64,000 bases of DNA from Isurus oxyrinchus (lineage: Eukaryota), in the NCBI GenBank assembly GCA_026770705.1, contig JANJGN010000016.1, positions 112,158,001 through 112,222,000 on the forward strand, in the 5' to 3' direction. The translations under genes were made by a program, and so were the position numbers. This document shows, piece by piece, positions 1 to 11,084 of the stretch. Below the pieces are notes generated by a model. The model saw nothing but the letters and a program-made list of their open reading frames with translations, was not told the origin of the DNA and searched no databases. Every line of letters starts with the position of its first letter. Position 1 is the first letter of the stretch.

Positions 1-1309
1 TATTACTGTTCAATGCTAGGAAAATTATAAGTAGAAGCACAATGAGGGAGACAGCTGGCCATCATGGGTTTACACACATTGTTTATCTTTAATTCATTGT
101 CAGCCTACTTCTGTAGACTTGTTAGAAGTCAGCTGACAGACATGATGAAAAATACCATTTCTGTCTCTCTGCCAGCATCACACTCAAATGTCACTGTACT
201 TTTCCCCTGGTCAATACAATCTCGTTGGCATGTTTTAATGTGAAACATTCATGTAGTAAATGTCAAGTTGCTTTGAGAAATACAGGACCAGACCTGTCGC
301 AGGTACACACACACACAATGATTCCAGTTACACAGCAAAGGATCAGCGCTTTTAAAATGGATAATACTGTACCTGGGTCCCTCTGGTAAGAAATCTTCCT
401 TTCCTCACATAAATGCTTCCTATCATTGATTTGAGTCATTGTGGGAGTGGGTTTGGATACTCACTCAGAGGGTGACAGTAGTGAGGAGAAGGTTCAGGTA
501 TAATGTATTGCATTAATAAAATGACTCCTAATACATTGTGTCATACTACACTGCAGACATTTTTCAACAGTAACTTAATGATAACTACTATATATAAATT
601 AACTTGTATGTAGCACACAGTTCCATCTTTACATGCTTTTAAAAGTGTGGCCTATATGTGATCTAATACAGTATGGTCTATTTTGTGTCATGTTATAAAT
701 TGGGGACCAGTAGTGGCTGTTCGTTTGGGTTGTAAACATTTGAATCCTCAACTCTAGTACATGAGAATGTAGCCATTGCAGTGAAGACATTGCCAACAAG
801 TCTATGGCAGCATTTAAAGGTCGAAGACACATTAGCTCAGATTTCTGGATGTTTCTCTACATAGATTCCTGGAGAGTGATCCAAATAATCAATGTCTATT
901 CCAGTAATAGGTGTTTACAGCTTACCTTGGTAACCTGAAATCATTCCATGTGCTCAAAAGATTGCATTATCCAAAACTTGAATGAAACAACATAAGTGAT
1001 GCAGCAAAATGAAAAGTTAATGCCAAAATTCAAATTAAAAGACTTTGAATTGAAAGTATATAAAAATCAAATCTCATATATCTCAAAAACGTCCACAGAT
1101 CTGTCTCAAATCCTGGGCATGCCACTGTTTGAAAGTCATGAACACATTACCCTCATTCATCACCGTACTGAAGAAATCCTACAGACAAAAAAATCTGTAT
1201 CCAATACAATTTGTTGTTAGTACTTTTTTTTAAGCGAAAGTTCTCTTTTCATATATATGTTATATTCAGAAACTAAATTCAATATCACCTCCTATATTAT
1301 CTCTTGTGA

Positions 1310-1750
1310 CTGCAGTATGTCCTATATGCGGGGCACACTGCAGCAACTCAACAAGCTTGCTGTGAAAGAACTTCCCAGCCCTGAGAACTCCATCACTGAC
1401 AAAGAAAAAAGCAGCAATATTGTGGCAGCACAACTTTCTCTCCAATTCACACACCAACCTGACGTCCACATAGGTAATTTCTTCATTATTACTGGGTCAA
1501 AATCATGGAATTGCCTACCCAACAGTAGAAATAGAGTGGTTCCAGAAGAAGGGTTCCCACCACCTTCTTAGGGTAACTAGATCTTTCTGGGCACTGATCG
1601 ACCTTAGCAGTCACCTAGGTTCCCACCGGAACCCTACTAAACACACAGATGATGACCATTTTCACCTTGAAGGATAAACAATAGGGTAACCAGGACTGGA
1701 CAATGGATGGACACCTGCTGAAGTTACCCACAGCCAAAGAAAAAACAAAC
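1310..1750 (+). mobile_element. Degenerate 3' fragment of a CR1/L2-group LINE
   Basis: 'cactgcagcaactcaacaagct...tcatggaattgcctacccaacag' resembles the reverse complement of the LINE 3' ends at ~11300-11600 and ~13800-14150. Confidence 0.5.
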
Positions 1751-3324
1751 AGGAGGCCTCTATATTATTCACAGTATGATTTATTCAGAGAAATACATTT
1801 CCACAATCCTGCAAGTAGCTTTAGAGAGCTCCTGACACTAAGACTCAAAGGAGATAATCAAGATCTATAAATCTATAATGCCTGATGGCAAACTTGTCAG
1901 CAATTGAATAAATGAGCATTTTAGCCTTGAAAGGAGGAACTTGAGATGGGCTTCATAGAGGGGTACGGAGTAGTAAATGTAACAAAAAGATAAATGCAGA
2001 ACATAATTCAAATTATAAGTGTGATAGCTGGACAATGGTTCACAGATTCATACTGGTGAAAGGCAAATTTAAGGCTGATTTAGGATTCCTTCACATAAAG
2101 TGTGATCAAAATATGCAATAGATTTGTGGGTAGGTTATTAGGACAACTTGGAATAATTTGAGAAAAATTAGATGGTGTTTTTCTCTCTCTCTGGTATTTA
2201 AGGTAGCTGGTCTTGCACTTCTATATCTATCTTGCACTAAAATCATTTTCAGAAGATAGATTTGCAACCCATGTTTAACTTATAAAGGAATTTAAGTACA
2301 TCACTAGTTGAATTCTGCTTCTCCCTGCTATTTAGGGAATCTGTTCTCTCATTTCATCTTCAACAAGACTTCGGAGCTGGGGGCTGACTGCATCTGTATC
2401 TGCAGACCAGTTGACTCAGCTCAGACTGCAGAAGGGTATTGCTTTATCCACTTTCCTTTTGCACTTTAATTATTCTTTCATTTTCTGCTAAACCACCCCC
2501 CCTGATCCTGCAGTTTTAGATGCACCCCAGGGTTCTCCTGTCTGCTCTGCTTCACTGCCTGGCCACAAAAATAAAGTAGATTCACACATGCACAGAGTTT
2601 TGCTCCACAGCATCCAAATTCTTGCTACATTTTTTAATGTCAGAAGTGGCGTAACTTGTAAAAATGAATGATTGCATTTTAAAAATTCCCCAAGGTCTAC
2701 TTGCTGTTATAAGCTACAGCTGATGTGGAGTCAAACAAAAGTGAGGTTATCTCTCCCGGATGATCTTGCACTGCTTGACAAGAATCAATTTTGATTAGCT
2801 TAAACACGTTATGCCATCCATTCTGGGATAATCTTAAGTTTGTGTGGCTGGCAGGAAGCATTTTGTGCTCATGTAAATTAATGAACAGAAAACATAACTG
2901 CATTGTTACAAAGTTAACTTTTCCACTGATGTAGAAATTCATTTTCAAGGGATAATTCGATGGGCAGCAGCTCAGCTGCAAGTCCTCCTTACCATCAACA
3001 TGTACTCAGAAAATTACCTCTTCTCTATTGATCCAAAGCCAAAACACTTCACATTGATGAAAATATATGGTATAACTTGTCTCCCTTACATGTGAAATTG
3101 CTGTGTTCTTGCATGTTATGCTGCATATTAATCTCCATCAGACCATGACCAATGATTATTGGAATTGCAGTGTCTTAACCATTGTCAGTGTGTAGAGACC
3201 CTGATTTGGGCTGTGTAATCTACTTCCCTTGATCTAGTCACTATGTGTTACAATAATATCTAATATTTAAATAGCATCTCCATAAAATGTCCCAATGTGT
3301 TTTATAGGAGTGTAGTTAGACAAA

Positions 3325-4360
3325 TATCCACATTGAGTCAAAGGAGGAGACATTAGAATGGGTAACTAAAAGCTTGGGCAAACGTATAGGTTTTAAAAGA
3401 GTGTCTTGAAAAAGGAAGTCCAGGTAAGGTATTCCAAAGCTTTTAGGGTCTAGACAGCTGAAGGCAGAGTTGCCAACTGGGCAAAATGTGTGCAGGGTGC
3501 ACAAAATTAGGGGAGTGGGGTTAATTGGATAGCTCTACTGAAGAGCCAACACTGTGCCAAATGGTGTCCTTTTGTGCTATAACATTCTATAATTCTAAGA
3601 AGCTAAAGTTCAAATAATGACAGATTCTGGAGGATTACATAAAAACATAAGAAATAGGAGTTAGAGGGCCATATGGCCCTAGCACTTACTCGACTATTCA
3701 ACAAGATATTGGCAAATCTTCTATCTCAACTCCACCTTTGCACACATTCCTATATTCCTTAATATCCAAAAATCTATTGATCTGTCATAAATATACTCAA
3801 CAACTGCTCATCTACAGCTCCCTGGGATGGAGAATCCCAAAGATTCACAACCATTTGAACGAAGAAGCCATTTAACATATTTTGTGTCAACTCCTTATTT
3901 CAGAGCTAAATGGCCAAACCCTTATTTTGAGTGTGTGACCCCATGGTTTAGATTTCCCAGCCAGGGACATTTTTTCAGTATCTACCCTGCAAGTCTCTTT
4001 AGAATTTTATATGTTTCAATTGGATCATCTATCATTTTTTCTAAACTCCAGGAATAAATGCTTAGTCTACTCTACCTCTCCTCATAGGACAATCCCCTCA
4101 ATTTAGGAACCAATCATCGAACCTTCATTGCACTCCCTTTAGGCGAGTATATCCTTCCTCGGGTAAGGAGATCAAAACTGTGCACAGTGTGACATCTCTA
4201 AAATTCATGCATAATTTTAGTAAGCCTTCACTCTTATACTCCAACCCCTTTGTAACCGAAGCTAACGTACCAGGATTGTAGGACTTGAGATTCCAGAAAT
4301 AGCAAGGGATGAGGTTATGGGGGATCTGAACACAGGGATCAGAATTTTAAAATAATATAG
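3325..4360 (-). mobile_element. L2-like 3' fragment interrupted by a CR1 3' fragment (~3640-4270)
   Basis: 'aaaagcttgg...ggttttaa' L2 tail as at 12430; CR1 tail 'aacataagaaataggag' as at 28055. Confidence 0.55.
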
Positions 4361-5700
4361 CACTAAATTTCTAGAATATTTGCATACCTTAATTCCAATA
4401 ATTTGGATAATTTTCTTTAAGTGGAAAAATTGAATGGATTATCAGGAGTGGCTTCTACATCAGGCTCATGAATATGAACATTCCTGGCCTTGTTTCCCAA
4501 CTCATCCCACTAGGCTAAACAAATCATTTGCTATCATGTCCCAATTTTAATAAACAAATCTTTCGGAATGAACAATTGATTAACAGATGTATTGTACTGG
4601 TCTAAACGATGCCTCAAAATAAACGAGATCTTGAAACAGTTGTTGAATTAAAAGGAATATGTATTTACATACGTCTTGTGTAAATTCCACATGAATGCCA
4701 TTTTCACATTATTTTTTGAATTTACTATTTGCAGTTTGGAACAATACATGCCATTTAACATACTTCGTGTCAGCTCCTAATTACAAAAGTTGAATAATTT
4801 AGACAAATCATTTTGTGCCTAAAGTGTAATTTTTCATAGTAATGCTATGCAACAAATCTGGACAACTGGTAATTACATTTTACCAATGTTAATAAATTAA
4901 TAGTTGACGATATTAACAACATATGGTTGGAGAGTGGAGTGACAACCTGATACATTCAAAATGACAGTTGAGATTAGTTAGTAACATCTTTAATTTTCAA
5001 CAATTTGATACTATATTCTTCTTATCTTACATTACATAATACACTTGAAGGCACGTACTCTAGAATCTAGTGCCTGATATAGCATCTCTAAAATATTCGG
5101 CCTCTTAGGAAAAGTAACTTCACCAAAGTCACATTGTGGCCAAGCGGTTAGGGACTTGCCCGTCCTTTCACGAGATGCTCTACACCCCTGGAATCTCGGC
5201 CACTCGCCCAAAGAACTGCATTGCTCGACATGAGCTGCTTTCACACCAGGATTTCCAAAGGATGATACAGCTTTCGGAAGTTAAAAAAAAACACCCTGAA
5301 GCAGATCCTCTTTCAAAATTGCATTTGCCTCCTTTCAAAAGTCTGAGATAAGTTTGTCCTTGCACTTTATTTTTAAAAGAGAGAATCTTCAAACATCAGT
5401 TTAGTCCTGCTACCCTTGGAAATGTTGGAGAATTAAGACGAGATTTACAAACTCCAGTGCCTGGTCCCAATATCTCCAGGAGTGTCTACTTATATGAATA
5501 AAGGGTGAGAATTACATTCCCACGCCAACTTGGATCTGTTGGGAGGTCGAGGGCATTAAGGGCCGGGGTGATCCAATGCTGAATGGTTCCCACTCTCTTG
5601 TCTCTTGCACACCCACCTCCTCCTCCTCCTCCTCCACCCTTCCACTCCTCTCCCCCCACCCCCACCCCCCCAACCTCCCCAAGTTCGGTCCAAACGAGCC

Positions 5701-6834
5701 TCACGCCGACGAGTTAATGTTTCCTGAGGACATCAGGGTCTCGGGGGTGCCGCACTCGTCCTTGTGCTGATGGGACGAGTTGTCGGACTTGCTGCGGCTG
5801 AACTCGTGGGTGGCCACCAGCGGCGGCTTGTGCTGCCGGAGCCGGTGGGCCGCCGCCCGGCGGCACAGGCAGCAGAGCAGGCGGAAGAAGGCCCGCCTCA
5901 TCTCCCGGCTGGTCAGCGTGTAGATGATGGGGTTCATGGCCGAGTTGAGGACGGCCAGGGCCAGGAACCACTGGGCCCTGTAGAGGACCGGGCAGCCCCG
6001 CACCTGGCAGGCCACGTCCAGCAGCAGCAGGATGAAGAGGGGCGACCAGCAGGCGATGAAGGCGCTCAGCACGATCATCACCGTCTTGAGCAGCGCCAGC
6101 GACTTCTCGCAGCTCTTGCCGGGGCGGACCGAGTACTTGCGGAAGGCGAGGCGCCGGGGGCTGCGGGCCCGGACCAGGGCGTAGATCCGGGCGTAGAGCA
6201 GCACGATGGCCAGCAGGATGAAGCTGAAGGCGGTGGTGCAGAAGAGGATGTAGTGCTTGTGGTAGAGGGGCAGCACGGTGGAGCAGTGCGGGAAGCGCCG
6301 CAGGCAGTTCCAGCCCATGGCCGGCAGGCCGCCCAGCAGCACCGAGAGCAGCCAGCAGCCGCTGATGAGCAGGAAGACGCGGGAGCTGCCGCCCGCGCTG
6401 TGGGGCTTCATCTTCAGCATGGTCAGGTAGCGCTCGATGGCGATGGCCAGCAGGCTGAGCACCGAGGCGGCCAGCGCCACGAACATGCTGCCCTCCCGCA
6501 GGAACCACTGCGCCGGGGTCAGGCTGTAGGTGTTGGAGCCCGACAGCAGGATGTTGGCGGTGTAGGCGGCGCCGGCCAGCAGGTCGGAGAGGGCCAGGTT
6601 GCCGATGAAGTAGTACATGGCCCGGTGGAACTTCTTGGTCTGCCAGATGGCCAGCAGCACCATGAGGTTCTCCAGGACGATGCAGCCGCAGACCACGATG
6701 AAGACGATGGAGGCGACGGTCAGGTCGGTGCCCGGGCCGCCGGCGCCCACCCTCAGCTTGCCGGTGTAGTTGTAGTGCTGCCAGATGACCTCCGAGCCGC
6801 TGTGGGGCACGTGCCGCCCCGCGCCCGCCTCCAT
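5701..6834 (-). CDS. S1PR1: Sphingosine-1-phosphate receptor 1 (EDG1), 377 aa, single coding exon
   Basis: 7TM class A GPCR with HYNYTGKL N-terminus, [45 protein letters not shown] and the S1PR1-type tail [11 protein letters not shown]...[10 protein letters not shown]. Confidence 0.96.
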   Translation of the reverse strand: MEAGAGRHVPHSGSEVIWQHYNYTGKLRVGAGGPGTDLTVASIVFIVVCGCIVLENLMVLLAIWQTKKFHRAMYYFIGNLALSDLLAGAAYTANILLSGSNTYSLTPAQWFLREGSMFVALAASVLSLLAIAIERYLTMLKMKPHSAGGSSRVFLLISGCWLLSVLLGGLPAMGWNCLRRFPHCSTVLPLYHKHYILFCTTAFSFILLAIVLLYARIYALVRARSPRRLAFRKYSVRPGKSCEKSLALLKTVMIVLSAFIACWSPLFILLLLDVACQVRGCPVLYRAQWFLALAVLNSAMNPIIYTLTSREMRRAFFRLLCCLCRRAAAHRLRQHKPPLVATHEFSRSKSDNSSHQHKDECGTPETLMSSGNINSSA

Positions 6835-7045
6835 CGCTTTTTGTTTTTGGACTTTCCCGCGCCTTTTTGTTTCCCTTTTCTCTCCTCCTTCCTCCTCCTC
6901 CTCCTCCTCCTCGACCGTTGCCGGTGCCGCCCGGCAGAGGGCGCAGCGATCCCGGGGCGGGGGCGAGGGTTGGCGGCGGCGGGGGGGGTTCCGGGTGTCG
7001 AGTCAGTGAGCAGCCGCGGGGAGAACAGCCAGACAGGGCTTCACT
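6835..7045 (-). other. S1PR1: 5' UTR portion of the S1PR1 coding exon; splice acceptor AG at 7046-7047
   Basis: Minus strand reads gctcttgttctttgcAG|agtgaag; vertebrate S1PR1 has a non-coding first exon. Confidence 0.7.
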
Positions 7046-7200
7046 CTGCAAAGAACAAGAGCCACAACTTCAGCAAACGCCACAAACCAAACCCCTGCCT
7101 TCCAAAAATGAAAGGTACCTTATCAATTCAAATTTAATTGCCCCTTCAAGATCTTTAAAAGACTAAACTGACGCATTTTCTTCTCCTTTTGGAAATGAAT

Positions 7201-7403
7201 TAAAAATAAATAATAAGTAATTCATTTATGTAGACATAACTAAAAATAAATAATAAATAATTCATTTATGTCTACATAACTAAAAATAAATAATAATAAT
7301 TCATTTGTCTACATAACTAAAAATAAATAATAATAAATAAATAATTCATTTATGTCTACATAAATGAATTATTTATTATTATTTATTTTTAGTTATGTCT
7401 ACA
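7201..7403. repeat. AT-rich ~40-bp tandem repeat (about 4 copies) ending in a fold-back palindrome
   Basis: Unit taaaaataaataataaataattcatttatgtctacataac at 7201, 7241, 7281 and 7318, followed by its inverted copy; centre at 7356-7357. Confidence 0.9.
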
Positions 7404-8289
7404 GCTGAAAAAAATTACTTAATTGGCTGTGGTCGTGAAGGATGCTTTAAAAATATACGTCCCTCTACTTTTGACTAAATTGATTTAACGTTCAAAACAA
7501 CAAAAAATTAAGAGATTCCCCAAAACGGAACGTGAAATCTAATTTTGCTTAAGTTTCAAACTTGTAGAAATTAAACTGAAACTGAATGAAAGTCGAGAAT
7601 AAAACAACACGTTGCAACTTTGGTTAACAGTTTTAAACGTTTTGTCAGTGGAATGTTACCTTTATTTGTTGAAAACGCAACCAACAGCTTAGAGGAGCGA
7701 AACCGTGAGAACAGGATACTCTCTCTTCGATTGGAAACAATGGGAAGCGGCGGACGCTTCACAATACTGTACAGTTTGTGAAAAGGAACGCACTTCTGTC
7801 CCAGACTGATGTCTGTCGCCAACCCAGCAATATCAAAATAAACTAAATTGTGAGACTGGGTGGCAATAAATAGAAGATGCACACAGCTGATAAAAGTGCA
7901 AAACAGGAAAAAGGCTGACGCAAAGGATCCAGGCCAGGAGTAGCCAGACAACAGAAGTTCACACTCAACAGTTAGAACCGCCCCACCACATACTTAACAC
8001 AAAAAAAGTGTCTGCAATTTCTGATTTACTTTTTTTTCGCACAAGGGACTGTCAAATTGCTGTCCTGAATTTCAGATTTTGCATTTAAAGTTCTAATAAA
8101 TGAACACCTTGAACCCGACAGCAGCTCAGACTCAGGACATTACATAATTCAGGAATAAGTGACATCTATAAAAGGTTTATTTTTTAAAAAAAAAAAGTTG
8201 TAATTTTAAGTATTAGATATACAACATTTATCCCATAGAAGGCATTGATTTTCCATCAGTTTGAATAAGACAGCGAGCTGAAATGTATT

Positions 8290-9650
8290 TGGATTCCTTA
8301 CCCAGTGCAGGCTATCGGATGTTGCTGTGCAGTTTCACACGTGCTGCCAGGCTAAGCTCTTAGTTGTCACTGAGACACCGAAGAATCGAACGGGCTTTTT
8401 CACCGCTAGTTCACAGAGGCGGCCCCTTTTTCCTATTTGCTTCAGCGGTCTGCACTAAGCCAGCGAGAGGTGGATTCACTTGGCAGCGACCGCGTTTTGT
8501 ACTGCAAATCACCGAGAATAGCGGGACACACAAAAGTTATTTCTAGCACATACTTGAAGCGCATTCAATTCATTCCGCTTTCTCCATCAAGCGAATGAAC
8601 ATAAAGTGAATTGAAACACAGGGTAGATTTCCAGGACATCCAGACATTGCAAGCACTTTATAAACACAGACATGCCACAGACAGGTCTTTTCAAACCCTG
8701 TACTCTTGAATTTTCAGGAGTTAATAATCTTAGACACGGGGCTGTTTTCTGTACTGCCAGTTGTATGTTATTTATGTTTTTAAAAAAGAACCTTATGCAA
8801 ATTGGCTGCCACTCCCTTACAAACCAAACTGCATAGGTTTTGAGTGCGGTGGAAATGCTTTGCACGCAGCCTCGCATATTATCGTTGCATGGGCACAAAA
8901 CGGCAAGTCCATGTCTGAAACCTTGAGGACTGCCTCGTGTATTTGCAATTGATATAAAAGACAAGGGGGGTGGGGGGAAACCCTCCTGATTACACCACTG
9001 AATGCCACAATCAGGGGCGCTATTGAAAGGCGGTGATTCAGTCTCCCGAGAACCCCGTGTCATTAGCTGTTGGCTACAATTCCGACCAGCCGATTTGCAG
9101 TTACAAGTGTTGAGTGAAATGCGCTGAGGGCGGGGGTGAGGGAGTGGAACGAGGACGAATTACCTCAAACTGTAATGGTGAGCCTGATCCTCACTCACTC
9201 ACTGCCCAGAGCAGCTTGTTTTTCAGTGTAACTTGGATGTCAGGGAACTGCGCCTTTGCCCCCTTCATAATGGTCTGGACAGTCCGCTGTTGTGCAGGAA
9301 GTGGCTGCCGGAATCATTTGTGGTGAATGTAAGGCCAAGTGGGAGGGGTGCGAGGGGAGGGGAGGGGAGGGGAGGGGAGGGGGACGGGGGAGGGGTGTGA
9401 GTGGAGAGATGGTGGGGGAGGGGTGTGAGGGGGAGCGGGAGAGTTGGGGAGGGGGAGATTCCGGTAACCAGCATGTAAGGACGGGTGGTTAATAGTGCTG
9501 GGATCCCGCAGGCAGCACCAGCTGGCTGTTTCAGCTCCCCTGGCGCTCCTCAGCTCAATTCCCGGCCTCTCCATTAAAAAAAGGACTAACTCACGTTATA
9601 AGGGGGAAGAGCTAATTAAAGCCGTTTGGTGCTTGTTTTAAAGGCCAACC
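8290..9650. promoter_or_regulatory. Probable S1PR1 promoter and non-coding exon region, possibly bidirectional
   Basis: TE-free and CpG-enriched; minus-strand donor-like sites GG|GTAAGG (8296-8301) and GAG|GTAATT (9158-9163); kB-like GGGGAAACCC at 8974-8983; GC box near 9128; G-rich tract with GGGGTGTG (KLF-type) at 9340-9457. Confidence 0.55.
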
Positions 9651-9816
9651 ATGGGAAAGTGGTGCACACTCGCCTGCCATTGGAGACACCTGGAGAGCAG
9701 AATATTTAACCCAAGGTCAGAGCTGGCGCCCAGCAGGCTCAGGAACAGAATATTCTCAAGGATCAGGAAAGCAGCCAGTGGAGTGGATTGGAAGGAGAAC
9801 TTTGCAGGCCTACAGC

Positions 9817-10959
9817 ATGGGTGCAGCAGCCATTGCTGGGTTTCTCCTTGCAGAGGAGGAGGAGGAAGAGGAGCAGCAGCAGCAGCAACAGAGGCAGACA
9901 GTCCAGGAACGCCGAGGGCACAGGAGGATAACCACACGCCGAACCAACTACCCCAGGCACAGGGTGTTTCGGAACAGAGTCAGTTACTTAGGCTTGACGG
10001 AAGAGCAGTGCCTGAAGAGGCTCCGGCTCAGCAGGGAGGCTGTGACTGAGGTCTGTCGCTTGGTCCAAGGCGACCTACATGGGGAATCGATCATTCGCAC
10101 CGCGCTGCCAGTGGCAGTGAAGGTCACTGCTGCCCTTAACTTCTATGCCACAGGGACTTTCCAAGCACCCACAGCAAACATCACTGGGATCAGCCAGTTT
10201 GCCGTGTACCGTTCCATTAAGGAGGTGACTGATGCACTGGTTCGACATGCACCCACCTACCTAAACTTCAGGAGTGATGAAGAGCAGCAGCGACAACGGT
10301 ACTTTTTCGCCATTGCTGGCTTCCCCAAGGTGCAGGGCATCATTGATTGTATGCAAGTAGCCATTTGTGCACCTAATAACAATCCTATGGCCTACCTGAA
10401 TGCAGAAGGCTATTACTCCCTCAATGTCCAAATTATATGTGATCATCGCCAGAAAATAATGAATGTCAATGCATGCTTCCCAGGAGGCATGCATGATTTT
10501 TACATTCTGAAGCAATCTGAGGTTCCCTTGATCTTTGAAGGGGAGGGAAAGCTAAATGGATGGCTCCTTGGAGATCTCGGCTATGTGCTGCAACCATGGC
10601 TGATGACACCACTGCATAACCCTTTCACCGCAGCAGAGAACAGATACAATGTTGTACACGCACAAACCAGAGTAATCATAAAACAGACATTTGGACTGCT
10701 GAAGAAACGCTTCAGGTGTTTGGATCGATCAGGGGGAGCCTTGCGATACGCCCCAGAAAAAGTCAGCAAAATTGTAACGGTATGCTGCATGCTACACAAT
10801 ATTGCCATGGACAGTGGCCTTTCCCTGGATTTAGATGAGCTTCAACCCATTGAAGATGAGGAGGATCATGGTCCACAGCAGCCACCAGCACTGGATCAGC
10901 CACTACAGGGAGCAAGACAGATGCGTGAGGAAATCATCACTCAGTTCTTCAGTAGTTGA
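9817..10959 (+). CDS. Intact PIF/Harbinger transposase-derived (HARBI1-like) protein, 380 aa from the first ATG; catalytic E replaced by K
   Basis: GFPKVQGIIDC, YSLNVQIICD, FPGGMHD, WLLGDLGY, FGLLKKRFRCLDRSGGALRYAPEKV and CCMLHN motifs; agcATGG at 9817 (the ORF-track start at 9778 is GTG). Confidence 0.88.
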   Translation: MGAAAIAGFLLAEEEEEEEQQQQQQRQTVQERRGHRRITTRRTNYPRHRVFRNRVSYLGLTEEQCLKRLRLSREAVTEVCRLVQGDLHGESIIRTALPVAVKVTAALNFYATGTFQAPTANITGISQFAVYRSIKEVTDALVRHAPTYLNFRSDEEQQRQRYFFAIAGFPKVQGIIDCMQVAICAPNNNPMAYLNAEGYYSLNVQIICDHRQKIMNVNACFPGGMHDFYILKQSEVPLIFEGEGKLNGWLLGDLGYVLQPWLMTPLHNPFTAAENRYNVVHAQTRVIIKQTFGLLKKRFRCLDRSGGALRYAPEKVSKIVTVCCMLHNIAMDSGLSLDLDELQPIEDEEDHGPQQPPALDQPLQGARQMREEIITQFFSS

Positions 10960-11078
10960 GGACTAATGCTGTTCTTCGGGCAGATTTATAATCGGACTTG
11001 GCTCTTGTTCTACTTTTGCATTTTTGATGTACAACAGTTTTTGATATCTTTGCTACTTTTGTCACTTCTGTTCTGCAC

Positions 11079-11084
11079 AATAAA
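11079..11084 (+). terminator. Putative polyA signal (AATAAA) of the HARBI1-like ORF
   Basis: AATAAA 120 nt after the stop codon, preceded by a U-rich tract. Confidence 0.5.

Noticed and set aside
5714-7137. 445-aa (minus) and 457-aa (plus) ORFs overlapping S1PR1
   Set aside because: Shadow frames caused by very high GC3; low-complexity R/P/A/G/Q composition and no domain motifs.
9778-10959. Assigning the gene symbol HARBI1
   Set aside because: It is clearly the same family, but the N-terminus and motifs look closer to transposon copies. Orthology cannot be shown without phylogeny and synteny.
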